Shown here one piece after another: positions 26,693 through 38,326 of a DNA stretch of 64,000 nucleotides. Position 1 is the first letter of the stretch. Every line of letters starts with the position of its first letter. Under the pieces are notes generated by a model. The model was not told where the DNA came from. It did no database searches and saw only the letters and a program-made list of their open reading frames with translations. The position numbers were made by a program, and so were the translations under genes. Source of the DNA: Lingula anatina (Eukaryota; Animalia; Brachiopoda); the NCBI GenBank assembly GCA_051362555.1, contig CM120644.1, positions 13,910,567-13,974,566 of the forward strand. The letters run 5' to 3'.

Positions 26693-27070
26693 GTTGGTTA
26701 ACTCACGTGAGCGGAAGTAGAATCAAAAATGTCAACATCGGAATGAGGCTTCTTTGCGGAAAAACAATAATTTTGTCTTAACTTTTTGTAAAACAAAAAT
26801 CTAATGATAAATCATATATTGAATTTCTAAAACTGTTGAATACTTCATTTTTATCAACATGCCTTATATGTTTTGAACAACCTATGTAAACATGATACCT
26901 GACCCACATTCTTTCATGTTGACAAGCTCAAGGTGATCTGATCGTGTGACCCAATTTCTGATTGGTTGAAATTTCTGGTGTGAGATTGACATGATGCAGT
27001 GAATGGGAAGTAGCATATACCTTAGTAGCAATAACGAAACAGATTGAAAGAAGGATAGCTAAAGGTAAGT
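26693..27070. promoter_or_regulatory. Putative bidirectional CCDC93/INSIG promoter with INSIG non-coding first exon
   Basis: TCACGTGA E-box (26703-26710), ETS site CGGAAGT (26712-26718), SRE-like GTCACACGAT (minus, 26941-26950), CCAAT (26951-26955), ATTGG (26961-26965), SRE-like CTCACACCAG (minus, 26975-26984). Strong plus-strand donor AAG|GTAAGT at 27064/27065 could splice to the INSIG acceptor ttccag at 35570. Confidence 0.65.
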
Positions 27071-27575
27071 ATTGGATTCCGTAAACAATCTGGATTCTTA
27101 CGGTACCCAGGTATTTGTGAACCTTATTGAAATGATAAAATAGGTTGAAATGAAGCGTGAATTAGAACTGTTTCAACCGGCGCCAGGTGTAATGTTTTGG
27201 ATTTCATGATTTGAACTTTTGCCTAGATAAGACCGTAAATGGCTAAAAAAACAGCAACAAAGTTTTCAGCTGTTCTTTTTTAATCAAACCCGGTAGACAT
27301 CCATATCTTACTTGCAAGCGAATGATATTTGAACGATTAGTTCTTTCGAAAAAGAACAAGAAACCAGAAATGGCAGCTAAACTGACCTGTCTGACAGTAA
27401 CTAACGAGTTTAACAAGGCAGCAAAGCTGTCAAATGTACAGACAAAAAACAGAAAATAAAGATGCAAAAAAGGTCATTTTGTCAATTTTGATGCAATAAT
27501 AAATAATGCTTATAATAGCACTGTCACTCAACACTGAATTTTAATCTTGCACAACAGGTAACATGGTCAATAACA

Positions 27576-27739
27576 GGAGCGGACCCAGAGATATTTTCTG
27601 ACAGTATTACAAAGTATCTATGTTGATCCATCCTCCATTTTGATGGTGTTCCAACAGAAAAAAATAGATACCAGTCAATATAAACTTAATAACCTGACTG
27701 TCTTCCGGAAGACCCAGAAGATGGTCTCAATCCACCCCT
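27576..27739. mobile_element. Diverged copy of the 41661-41839 MITE nested in HINE copy C
   Basis: CAGGAGCGGACCCAGAGATATTTTCTGACAGT..GTTGATCCATCCTC..TCTTCCGGAAGACC..ATCCACCCCT, flanked by caataa direct repeats. Confidence 0.7.
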
Positions 27740-27981
27740 TCAATAAGATTACAGTTTCAGGACCATGAGAGTTCAAATTCACATTATGAAAGTCTCAATA
27801 TTTGAAAAATGATGACAGTGCATAAAATAATATTACATAATGTTTAAAGACATAAAAAACAATACAACTGCTTATGTAGAAATACAGAAAATGTGCAGAG
27901 CCCCAGGCAGATGACAGCCTGCCTGGGGCTAAAAGTCACAAATGCAAGTGTTTGAGAAAAAATTATAAAGGAAAACAACAA

Positions 27982-28217
27982 AACTAGAAAAGCACTTTGA
28001 GAGTGCAGACCTCTGCCAAGGCAGCAATTGTTGATTATTATTGATAATTGATTGATTATTGATCCGGACCACCACCAAAAATTAATCATTGTCCTCTTTG
28101 GCCCACTTCCGACAGTTCCTGAAAATTTCTGCAAAATCAGTCCATAACTTTTTGTGTTATGTGGATGACAGACAAACAGGGGTGAAAATATAACCTCCTT
28201 GGCAGAGCTTGAGGTAA
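27982..28217 (-). mobile_element. Short HINE-like element, family 3, nested in HINE copy C
   Basis: Minus strand reads TTACCTC..CTCTGCCAAGGAGGTTATATTTTCACCCCTGTTTGTCTGTC..CTTGGCAGAGGTCTGCACTCTCAAAGTGCTTTTCTAGTT: subTIRs CTCTGCCAAG/CTTGGCAGAG, GTCT microsatellite, 3' hairpin GCACT..AGTGC, CTAGTT end. Confidence 0.7.
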
Positions 28218-28263
28218 ATATAATTCCAATGAAGCTGCTATTCAAACTTTTAATCTTCCAGTT

Positions 28264-28320
<57 letters not shown>

Positions 28321-31300
28321 AAACTTATTTGCAATATTAAACAAAATTTACCTGCATAATTATCACTGCTTCCTTATTATTAATCTAGCAGAGAGCTTTA
28401 CCTTTGGGAGTTTACAGGGAAATATTAACAAGTGTGCTTTACGTAATCTCATTTAATGGCCTATTAAAGCAAATGACTTTATAACTCTGAAATTAATCTA
28501 GTGATACCCAAGGGTAATTTACAGACTGACCCACTCAAAGGTCTTCAGGCCCATAAGTCACACCTTAAGCACAAAACCATAATGCCCAAAATAGGAGACT
28601 ACCAATCCTGATGCAATAATACATTATGTTTAACTGCACAGTCAACATCAACTTATGCACAACAGGTAACACAGACGAAAGTAAAAGCATAAGGCTTCAG
28701 GCCCATCAGAGTTCAAGTTTATACTTAGAAAGTGCCAGAATGAGAAAAATGAAAATTTCACAAAAAATGCATAAATACAATAAACATGATAATCCAATAG
28801 AGCTGGTTTTCTCATGAGCTGAAGGCCAATCCTAAAAATCGTACTTGTAAGTTTAAAATTATAATAAGTAGCACAGTTTTCTTTTCATAATGTTTGCAGT
28901 AGCAGTGCAAAAAGATTGTCAATTTTGATGTAACATTACATAATAAATTAGAGAATAATTATCACCAAATTTTGTTTATTGACTATAAATAGGATGGACA
29001 TGTAGAAAATATGATTACCATTTGGCTTCATGTCCATGGGAGCTCCGAGTCCCACAATGAATATGCCAAAAAAGATAATGAATATAACACTAAAATGTAT
29101 AACTTCCAGAAAAAGGAGCCAATTAGACTGCTTTTCTAACTCAGGCTGCATTTTAGTCCTGTGTTTCTTTTTTGAAAGTTTGACAGTCATAAGTAACACG
29201 GTTTTTCCATAATGGTCATCAAGGCAGCAGCACCAAAAATTGTGTTTTCTTCTATTTTGATGCAACATTACAATATGCTTAACAGCATAATGACCATCGA
29301 TTTTTAATAATAAAATATAAGTGTCATGGATTTTCACAAAATGTGACTAGCACGGGTCTTCAAGCCCGTGGAGGTTCTAAGTCGCACCTTGGAAATGCCA
29401 ATATGTGAAAAATTAAATTTTCACAAAAAACTGTTTAATTGCCAGAAAAATTTACCAAACAGACTGCATTGCCTACTGAAGCTGTATTTTAGACCCATGT
29501 TTCTTTCCTGTAAGTTTGAGAACAGTAATTGACATGATTTTTGTTAAATGGTCATCATGGGAGCAGTGCCCAAAATAGGGGTTTCTTCAAATTTTGATGC
29601 AACATTACATAATGTTTAACAGCATAATGACCATCAATTTTTAATTATAAAATATTAGTATCACGGATATTCAGGAAATGTGACAAGCAAAGGTCTTCAG
29701 GATCATGGAACTTCAAAGTCACACCTTGAAAATGCCAATAAGTGAAAAATTAAATTTTCACAAAAAACTGTTTAATTGCCAGAAAAATATACCAAACAGA
29801 CTGCATTGCCTACTGGAGCTGTATTTTAGTTCCATGTTTCTTTCCTGTAAGTTTGAGAACAGTAAGTGACACGATTTTCCTTAAATGGTCATCATGGGAG
29901 CAGTGCCCAAAGTAGGGGTTTCTTCAAATTTTCATGCAATATTACATAATGTTTTACAGCATAATGACCATCAATTTTTAATTATAAAATATTAGTATCA
30001 TGGTTATTCAGAAAATGTGACTAGCAAAAGCCTTCAGGCCCATGGAACTTCAAAGTCACATATTGAAAATGCCAAAATGTAAACAATACAGCACTGTTCT
30101 GAAATGGGTTTATTTCCATTTTTAACACTTTTTAAACATAAAACAAAATAAACAGTTTACTGCCATTTTTATATGACCAATGAAGAAAATTGATGAGATG
30201 GGAAAAGTATCAATAGAACAGTTTTAAATGCCCAACTTCCTCCATTCTGAGATTCTGAACATAGTGGATGAATGCATCTGACAAACTGCAATGATATGAG
30301 TTTATTTCCATTTTTGACACTTTATTACACAATACATGATAACAAGTTTACCATCATTTTTACAAAATCAACTAACAATGTTGTAAAGATGCAGGAAATG
30401 CCAAACAAACACATTTACGTATCTTATTAGTTCAATAATGAGACTATTAACATGCCTAAGAATTGAATATGAGGAAATGTGAAAAAACAGCATTACCTTT
30501 TAAAATAATGGACTGATTATGCTGATTTTCAAACTCAACCTGCGTTTTAGTAAGATTGGCCCCTCCTGTGAGTATAATGACAATTGGCCAATCTGTTTTT
30601 CTTATATTGTGTTATCAGTGTTGCATATATACTGAAAAAAGTGAAAAAAAACAGCATAAATTCCCTATAAGTGACCCGATCGTGCTGATTTTCGAACTTG
30701 ACCTGCGTATTATGAATATTTATCAGTTCTGTAAGTTTCAAGCCAAAGGGTAAAACAGCTCTTCATTTATTGTGTTATCAGTGTTGCAAAAATGCTGAAA
30801 AAAAGTGAAAAAATAGCCTAAATTCACTAAAAATGACCCAATCATGCTGATTTTCGAACTTGACCTGCGTATTATGAATATTCATCAGTTCTGTAGGTTT
30901 CAAGCCAAAAGGTCAAATGGTTTTCCATTTATGGTGTTATCGGTGCTGCATATATGCTGAAACAAGACAGCACTGTTCTGAAATGTTTTTTTTTTTTTTC
31001 AATTTTTAACAATTTTTAACATAAAATAAAATTAACAGTTTACTGCCATTTTTACATGATCAACTAAGAAAATTGATGAGATGGGAAAAATATCAACAGA
31101 GCAGTGTTAAATGTCCAATTTCTTCTATTATGAGATTCTGAACATAGTGGATGATTGAATCTGACAAACTGCAATGATATGTGTTTTTTTTCCATTTTTG
31201 ACACTTTATTACACAATACACAATAACAAGTTTACCATCATTTTTACAAAATCAACTAACAATGTTGTAAAGATGCAGGAAATGTCAAACAAAAACTTTT

Positions 31301-33031
31301 ACGTATCTTATTAGTTTAATAATGAGACTGTTAACATGCCTAAGAATTGAATCTGAAGAAATGTGAAAAATATGCTGAAAAGTGAAAAAACAGCATAACT
31401 TCTACAATAATGGCCCGATCATGCTGATTTTCGAACTTGACCTGCGTTTTATGAATATTCATCAGCTATGTAAATATAAAGCCAAAAAGTAAAACTGCCC
31501 TCCACTTATCGTGTTTACAAGGAAAGTGCACGGCGCCGGCATCGGCATCGGCATCGCCATCGCCATCGCCATCGCCATCGCCATCGGCGACGACAGACGC
31601 AGGTGATGGCAATATGTACAGACACATCTGTGTCTGTACATAAAAATGAACACCAGTTACACACCGCGTCAGCTGATTTTAATTTTTGAAGACTCAAGAA
31701 GACGGTGATTACTTTTGGAAGCTTTTAAAGCATCATGCGGGCCCCAATGGTGTTCATGGGAGGTATTTGAAACCAAAACATCCCTCATTTCAGAGCGCTT
31801 TTCTATTTACAAGGTGAAGTTGTTGTTGTTTTTTTTTTTGTAGTTGTGGCTGATTGTGTATGTGTGTTTATCTTGTCAAGTTGAGGTAACAACCCATTAC
31901 CTGTTTGCAAGTATTTGATATATTTCCCTTCTTAAGGCTTTAATTCTAAGATTTTAAAAGAAGAGGAAAAGAAGTCACAGATTTTTCCTTGACCTGTGAC
32001 TGACAGTAACTGATGAACTAAAATGTTATCATATAGACCACCAGTTGTGTATCGGGTTAACCAATTTCAGATTTCAAAGCTTCCCAACAGTTATTAGTAA
32101 AAAAAGCTTACTAGTGTGAGCTATGCGGGATGCATTAGTATTCCATAGAGGAATGTTAGCAACTGCAACACAGAACAATAATTTCATATTGCTATTTTTG
32201 TGTGTGCTTCTTGTCTCGTTAAGAACGGGACATTTTGTTTGTTAGATTTATTTTGGAAAATGTTAAGAGTAGATCTTAATAGCTTATGGCACCTGGCAAG
32301 ATAATCTCCAGTTTTTAATCTGTTATAACTGAATTACTGTCAGTGGTGAAAATTTTACAAGAAGAAAAAAAAAAGGGGGGAGGGGCATTCTGAGACATCT
32401 TTTCCACTGACATGTAGCCATACCAACATTGATGAATACAAGAGGTTGGGGGTGGTAACAACAAAGAAGATAACTAAATATTTCAGTGGTTAATGGTTAA
32501 CCATTGGATGAGATGATTCTAGGCTATGTCAACATAGTGTACCAAGTAATGCAGTTTGATCGAATGTTCTAAAGTAGGTGCAAGGGTAATTTGCGCTGTT
32601 GATGGACTTAACATCAATATCAATCAGAGATAAGTGTCCTAAACTGTTCCTTGTTTTGTATACAGGAGTTACTAGAGGATAGAAACCTCACTAGGCTTGT
32701 GCAAGTTGTTTGATTTTGTAGTCTTGTACATGAAATTTTTGGTCAGGTCAAATTATAATTGAATCAAAATGATGAGAGATTGGAAAAGTTGAGCATTCAT
32801 AGGGTGGTTTTCTTTTCTCTCAGGTCAAACTAATGAGTAAACCCGTTCCACACAAAAAAGGCAAGAACCATTTTAAGATGTTTACTCGGACACGAAGATA
32901 AAAAGATTTACAAGTCCCATCAGTTTCATTTGCTTATTTGACCAAGCACTGCTATGACAAACCACTGTGCTAGACACTTTTTTATTGCCATGAATGCAAA
33001 TATGTTAGATGTTAGTGATGAACTACATCAT

Positions 33032-34433
33032 TAGTACCACCAGCGTCTACGCTGGCGGTACTCATGGTTTTAGTCCCGACCCGTCTCGTACGGCTCCGCC
33101 GGCTCCGTAAGCTCCGTTGGCTCCGCAGGGTGTCGTAGGATACAAGTCACCGTTACCGCTTCTTTTCCTAGACTGCATGGGCCTGTGTGCCCATCTCTTG
33201 GATTTAAGTCACATATAATCTCAACTTGAACCCCTGGGTATTTTTGTCTCAGTCGGTGCATTGCCCTTGGCATGACACTCGTCGAAAGGCACCCTTGTCA
33301 AAATTTTTGGAAATTCAATGCTAAATATCTCCCATACCGAAGGAATTATGGGAAAATTTTCTACAGATGGCTGACCGAAAGTCATATGTGGAGATTTCAA
33401 ATATGCCCTTGGATTTGACCTTTGACCTTAATTTCAAGGTCAAACGGGCCAAAATTTTCTAAAAATGGGAATTTTTTGCAAAAAATTTGATATTTTATGC
33501 CGATTTTCAGAAATTTCACAGATCTAACTTATGATATTATGGACAGGTGTTACCCTGAGGGTCTTCTGTCATCTTCGTGAGTTTGGGGTCAATTGGTGCA
33601 TTTTCACGGGAGTAGCGGCCATTAGATGCCGACACTGAAAACTCTCTCCAATTCTGGAACTGTTAATGATAGAGACCTCTTGTTTTTTGCATTTTGTAGA
33701 GCTTGTCAAGCGCAACACTGGAGGTGGTGTCCGTGTTTTGTTTTCGATACAGCTTAGGCATTGCACTATATATAAAAGTTCAACATCCAATATTTAGTGG
33801 TGAAAATAAAATGTGAAATACTTCAAATTTAGCAGAGATACGCCCATAGTTACTATTGAACTTGAATGGGAAGACATATACTTGTAATTTAACTGTGACC
33901 TTGAAATTGGCCTCTGGCCTACTTTTCACCATTAACTAAAATTTCCAGCCCTTATATCTCTTAAACTGGCAAAGATACGCCATTAGTTACTATTGAACTT
34001 CAATAGGAAGTCATATACTGGCTATCTAACTGTGATCCTGAAATTGGCCTTTGACCTACTTTTTATGATGAACTGTACTTTGCATGTTTTCTGGCCTATA
34101 TATCTCCAAACTTGGCAAAGAAATGCCCATAGTTACTTTTGAACTTGAATAGGCAGTCATAAACTGTGACCTTGAAATTGACCTTTGACCTACTGTTCAC
34201 CATGAACTGAACTTTGAATATTTTCTTGCCCCTCATATCTTCAAAACTAGCAGAGATATGCCCAGTGTTGCCCATAGGTTTCCTCTTTTGTCAGCATATA
34301 TGCAACACTGATAACACATTTCAAGGAAAACCAATAGGCCTATTGTCTAGAAAATCACTACCCATCCGAATGCGCTTACTCCAGCTGGTGGTACAATATC
34401 CGGAGGCGGTATCGCCTCTCTGATCCTCTAGTT
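33032..34433 (+). mobile_element. HINE/DINE-1-like element, family 2
   Basis: 5' hairpin GTACCACCAGCG-TCTA-CGCTGGCGGTAC, (GGCTCCGnn)n repeat at ~33090-33127, ~140-bp TGACCTTGA-rich tandem units at ~33830-34265, 3' subTIR GCTGGTGGTAC, stem-loop GAGGCG-GTAT-CGCCTC, CTAGTT end. Confidence 0.8.
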
Positions 34434-35303
34434 TTCCATTATGAAGGCATGTGCATGGAGAATTGCACACTCTGTTTCAAGTATGCAGACTTCGTTACCA
34501 CAGAGTCATTTTGCCACATTCCTTTGACTTGGTTACCCTGATAGTGAATTGCCTAGTTAATTAACTGCATATTTCTCTTTAATTTGCTGCTGACAAACAC
34601 TAGATATAGTGTTGGTGGTGCTTCTGAGAACCCCTCTAATCTATGCTGATGCATATTTAATGAGTGATTATTATTCATCAAGAACAATGTTCTCTCTGTT
34701 CTATGCTCTGTTCTCTCTTTCAATAAAAATAGTCTTATTGTGTGATTCAACAGCTATTTATTATTATTATTTGTTTTTAAATTCTTATTATAATTGGGAG
34801 TATGAGAAAATATACTGCTGGTACATCCTAGTTGTTGAACTAGCATATTAAATTAGTTGATTAAAAAAGGGGCTATCTTATCTTGCCTGGACTTTGCTAC
34901 TGTGTCTGGACAAGTGTTTACTCTTTGTATCTTTGTCATGTCCTTTATTATTTACACAGGAACACAGCCTGCTTGCTCTTTTTTCTCTCAAGAAGGAATA
35001 AGAATTATTTGACTAGATGGACAACTTACTAAGTACTGTCCATTGGGGGGGGTCTTTTGTTAGCGTTTCTCTACCACTGGGTGACCATTGGAGTAAACCT
35101 GGTGACAAGTTAGATCAGATGGAAAGTGATGTAGATATTTAAATCTATGTAAATCCAGTCTTGTTCAGCCCTTGTCACGTTTTTTGGAGGCACGTGAATG
35201 CTGTCTGTTTACTGTCAAGGGTGAGACAGCAGATGTTTGCATAATTTACATTCTTCAGTTTGCCAACGTGTAACAGCTTGGAATTTTCTCCAGTGATCTG
35301 CTT

Positions 35304-35334
<31 letters not shown>

Positions 35335-35576
35335 GGATTCACAGGGATGAATACTTGGGCAATAGAATTATACTTTTTTTCTCAGGGTGACACTCCCCCC
35401 CCTCACTTTAAAAGAAAAAAAAAAACTTTGCTACAACATTTTAATCTGGAGAAAATGGCCAATCTATACATGGTTTTGAACTTTCTTCATTGTCAGAAGT
35501 TCAAATGAGATGCAATTTAAAAGAAAGGGAAAAAAAGACAAATATTTAACCCTTTGTGTATAATTTCCAGGCAACC

Positions 35577-38326
35577 ATGTCTACCTCTGCTGCCAGTCTC
35601 CTTACCAGAGGCTGCGTGCTGTTCGTGGTGGGTGTTATCTTTGCTTTGGTGCTGAACTTTCTACAAGTCCAGAGACGAATCACAGCATTCCGCGAGGAGT
35701 ACCTGCTCCTGTCGTCAGCTTGGTGGGTGCCGCCCAGTTGTGGCACAGCAGCAGGTAAATTGTGTAATATATTTGGTGGTGTTTGTTTGGTGTTGGGGGA
35801 GAGGGTTAGAACATTATATGGGTGGGGTTATGAAAGTGATGTAACTAAAGCAAGCAAGGAATCGTTCTTCTTAAGGACATCCAAAATAAGACTGATCATA
35901 AGTTTCTAGAAATGGGTTGTGTTAACTCTTTTCCTTAAAAACATTGCACACATTGATATTAACAGAAGGGGGGGGGGGGTAACAGATTTTTTCATGTTTA
36001 AATTATATATAACCCCCTTTCTCTCTCTCTCTCTCATTAGAAACATTGCAGCACAAATTGCTATAACCATAACAGTGAACCCCATCTCTCTCTGTCTCTG
36101 TTCCAGCCATCATAGGTCTCCTATATCCCTGCCTGGACAAACGTCTGGGAGAGTCTCACAAATACAGACAGGAATGGTCCAGTGTGATGAGATGTATAGC
36201 AGTATTTGTAGGAATAAACCACGCCAGTGCTGTATCCTTACCAATATTGTTAGAATATACTCTAGTCTATTGTCACTACAGTTTTGCTCTGAAATTGATA
36301 TAAAAGTTCAGCCTTAAAAGGAAACCTATGCAAAACTAGTGCTGTACTATCCTTACCAATATTGACTTGATAGAATATACTTTAGTCTATGGCCATTAAA
36401 GTTCTTGCTGTGAAGTTGATATAAAACCTGTAAACTGATGTAAGACTTGTGTCACAACTGCAGGTTTAAATTCATGATTCATGGGTGTAAGGAATGCCAT
36501 ATGATACAGTGTTGAATTGAACCAAGTTTGGGCAGGTTCCAATATTTGACTGGGTTGCTTTTATTTCAACCACTTGGCAACAAAGGGGCATAGTGAAGAA
36601 GAAAGAGATGTGTTGGAATGAGCACAGATAATGTTTCGTGCTTGGAATTCATTTAGAACAGCATCTAAAGCCATGACTTGATTTTTATTCCTTGACTCGC
36701 TACCCTCCAGAAAATAGACTTTGCCAACAACTTCCAGTTGTCTCTTACACTGGCGGCTCTCTCTATAGGCTTGTGGTGGCTATTTGACAGGTCGAGGAGT
36801 GGCTTCGGCCTTGGCATCGCAATAGCCGTCCTGGCGACATTTGTGACGCAGTTGCTGGTATATCACGGTGTTTTTAGGTGAGTATTTGCAATAAATATGT
36901 CTAGGTTTATTTTGGAAGCGACAGTCTTCTGTGTCATGTGTGCTGAAGTTTTTACAGGCAAAAAAAAGCAAGATTCAGGAGGAATTGTCTCATTGTTTAA
37001 GTCATTCATGATAAACATGTTGTAATGAGTTTAATTTTTTGTGTGTAATCATATTTCTTTAAAACTTGAAATTAATACTTACTAGTAGAAAGAAAACTTT
37101 TGGGATTAAATCAAGTTGCACAGAAATATACACATACCATTTCCATTCTACTATCCCTTTATTTACTTTTATACCAGGGCAAAACAATATATATCAAGTG
37201 TGCAAAAATTTTCAGAATGATTTTGCATGACCTTAATTATAGTTATTAAACTAGGATATTCACCTCAGTAATGTGTGTGATAAAACCATTTACCATTTGT
37301 GCACAGTCTGTTGATTACAATTAAGGCATGTCATTTCACTAAACCAGAACCAAATTCACATTTATTTTCATGTAATTGATACATTCAGCGTGGTGTGAAG
37401 ACATTTTAATGCATTTTATGAACAAAATTATTTCATTTTGACTTGACATTTGTACAATATTCCCCATCCATCCCCCCACCCCCTCCAGAAAAAAGAAAAA
37501 AAAAAGGAAGCGATAAATGGACCAAAAGTGTCTCAATGTGTCAAGGTCTACACTTAAGTAACTGATAATGTCTTATGTCTATATTAAAACAAAGATAAAT
37601 CATCATAGTGTGTGCACTACTTCAGATGTTGAATAATTCACGTTTTTATTTCAACTCCTCAGGTATACAGAGCCAGATTTCCTCTATGTCAGATCATGGC
37701 TACCGAGCATATTTTTCTCAGGGGGCGTCACTATGGGAAACATAGGCAGACAGCTGGCTATTGTGAGTAAAAAAGACGAAAATGTCTTATTGTCAGATTA
37801 GAGTTGCGTTTTTGATTAATAATTTCAGAGTGCAGTAGGCACTGCTCAACTTAAAAATGTGAGGAACACAAAGATTCCACTTTGGTAATGTCCGTTAACT
37901 ATCACCTAATAGACACATGCACACATGCACGCACACGTTGTTTAAGATAATAATTTGAAATAAAAGGTGAGTTATATGAAGTCAACTGTATATACTAATT
38001 CTTGATAATGTTTCCTCTCAGATGCATAAATTTCTAAACGTAATGGTTGTCCATTGTAAAAAGATTCATCTAACATACTGCTAGCATACTGTACTTGACC
38101 ACATCTAGTATTAAAGTATTGTTATAGAATTAACATTAATTTCAGATAGCTGAATAATAGATCACTGAAAATGGCAGTTTTCCATATTTTTGGACTAGCT
38201 TAATATATTTATGAAGTGCAAGTTGCTCTTTTGCAGATTTTGATAATAGCAAGTATGATTCCTTACAAATATCTTTTTTCTTGACAGGATGATGTTGTCG
38301 ATGATGAAAAAGAGCACCAAGAGTGA
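35577..38326 (+). CDS. INSIG: Insulin-induced gene protein (INSIG), 5 coding exons, ~202 aa
   Basis: Exons 35577-35754 ([37 protein letters not shown]), 36107-36231 ([30 protein letters not shown]), 36711-36877 ([35 protein letters not shown]), 37663-37762 ([33 protein letters not shown]), 38288-38326 ([12 protein letters not shown]). All splice phases are consistent; hallmark INSIG motifs and a KxHxx tail. Confidence 0.96.
36232..36710 (+). other. U12-type (minor spliceosome) GT-AG intron of INSIG
   Basis: 5' splice site GTATCCTT at 36232. Branch point TTCCTTGAC at 36688-36696, about 15 nt upstream of the CAG acceptor at 36710, with no long polypyrimidine tract. Splits HASA|KIDF in phase 0. 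Confidence 0.9.

Larger units (their letters stand above)
27414..31641 (-). mobile_element. HINE family 1, copy C (long variant with nested insertions; in the predicted INSIG 5'UTR intron)
   Basis: Same two termini as copies A/B (27414 CAAGGCAGCAAAGCTGTCAAATGTACAGAC; 31614-31641 terminal palindrome). (CATCGC)n microsatellite at ~31535-31590, extra internal duplications, a nested MITE and a second small HINE-type element. Confidence 0.8.

Noticed and set aside
33070-33790. ORFs inside the family-2 element as a possible transposase
   Set aside because: Short, partly derived from the microsatellite, and without recognisable catalytic motifs.
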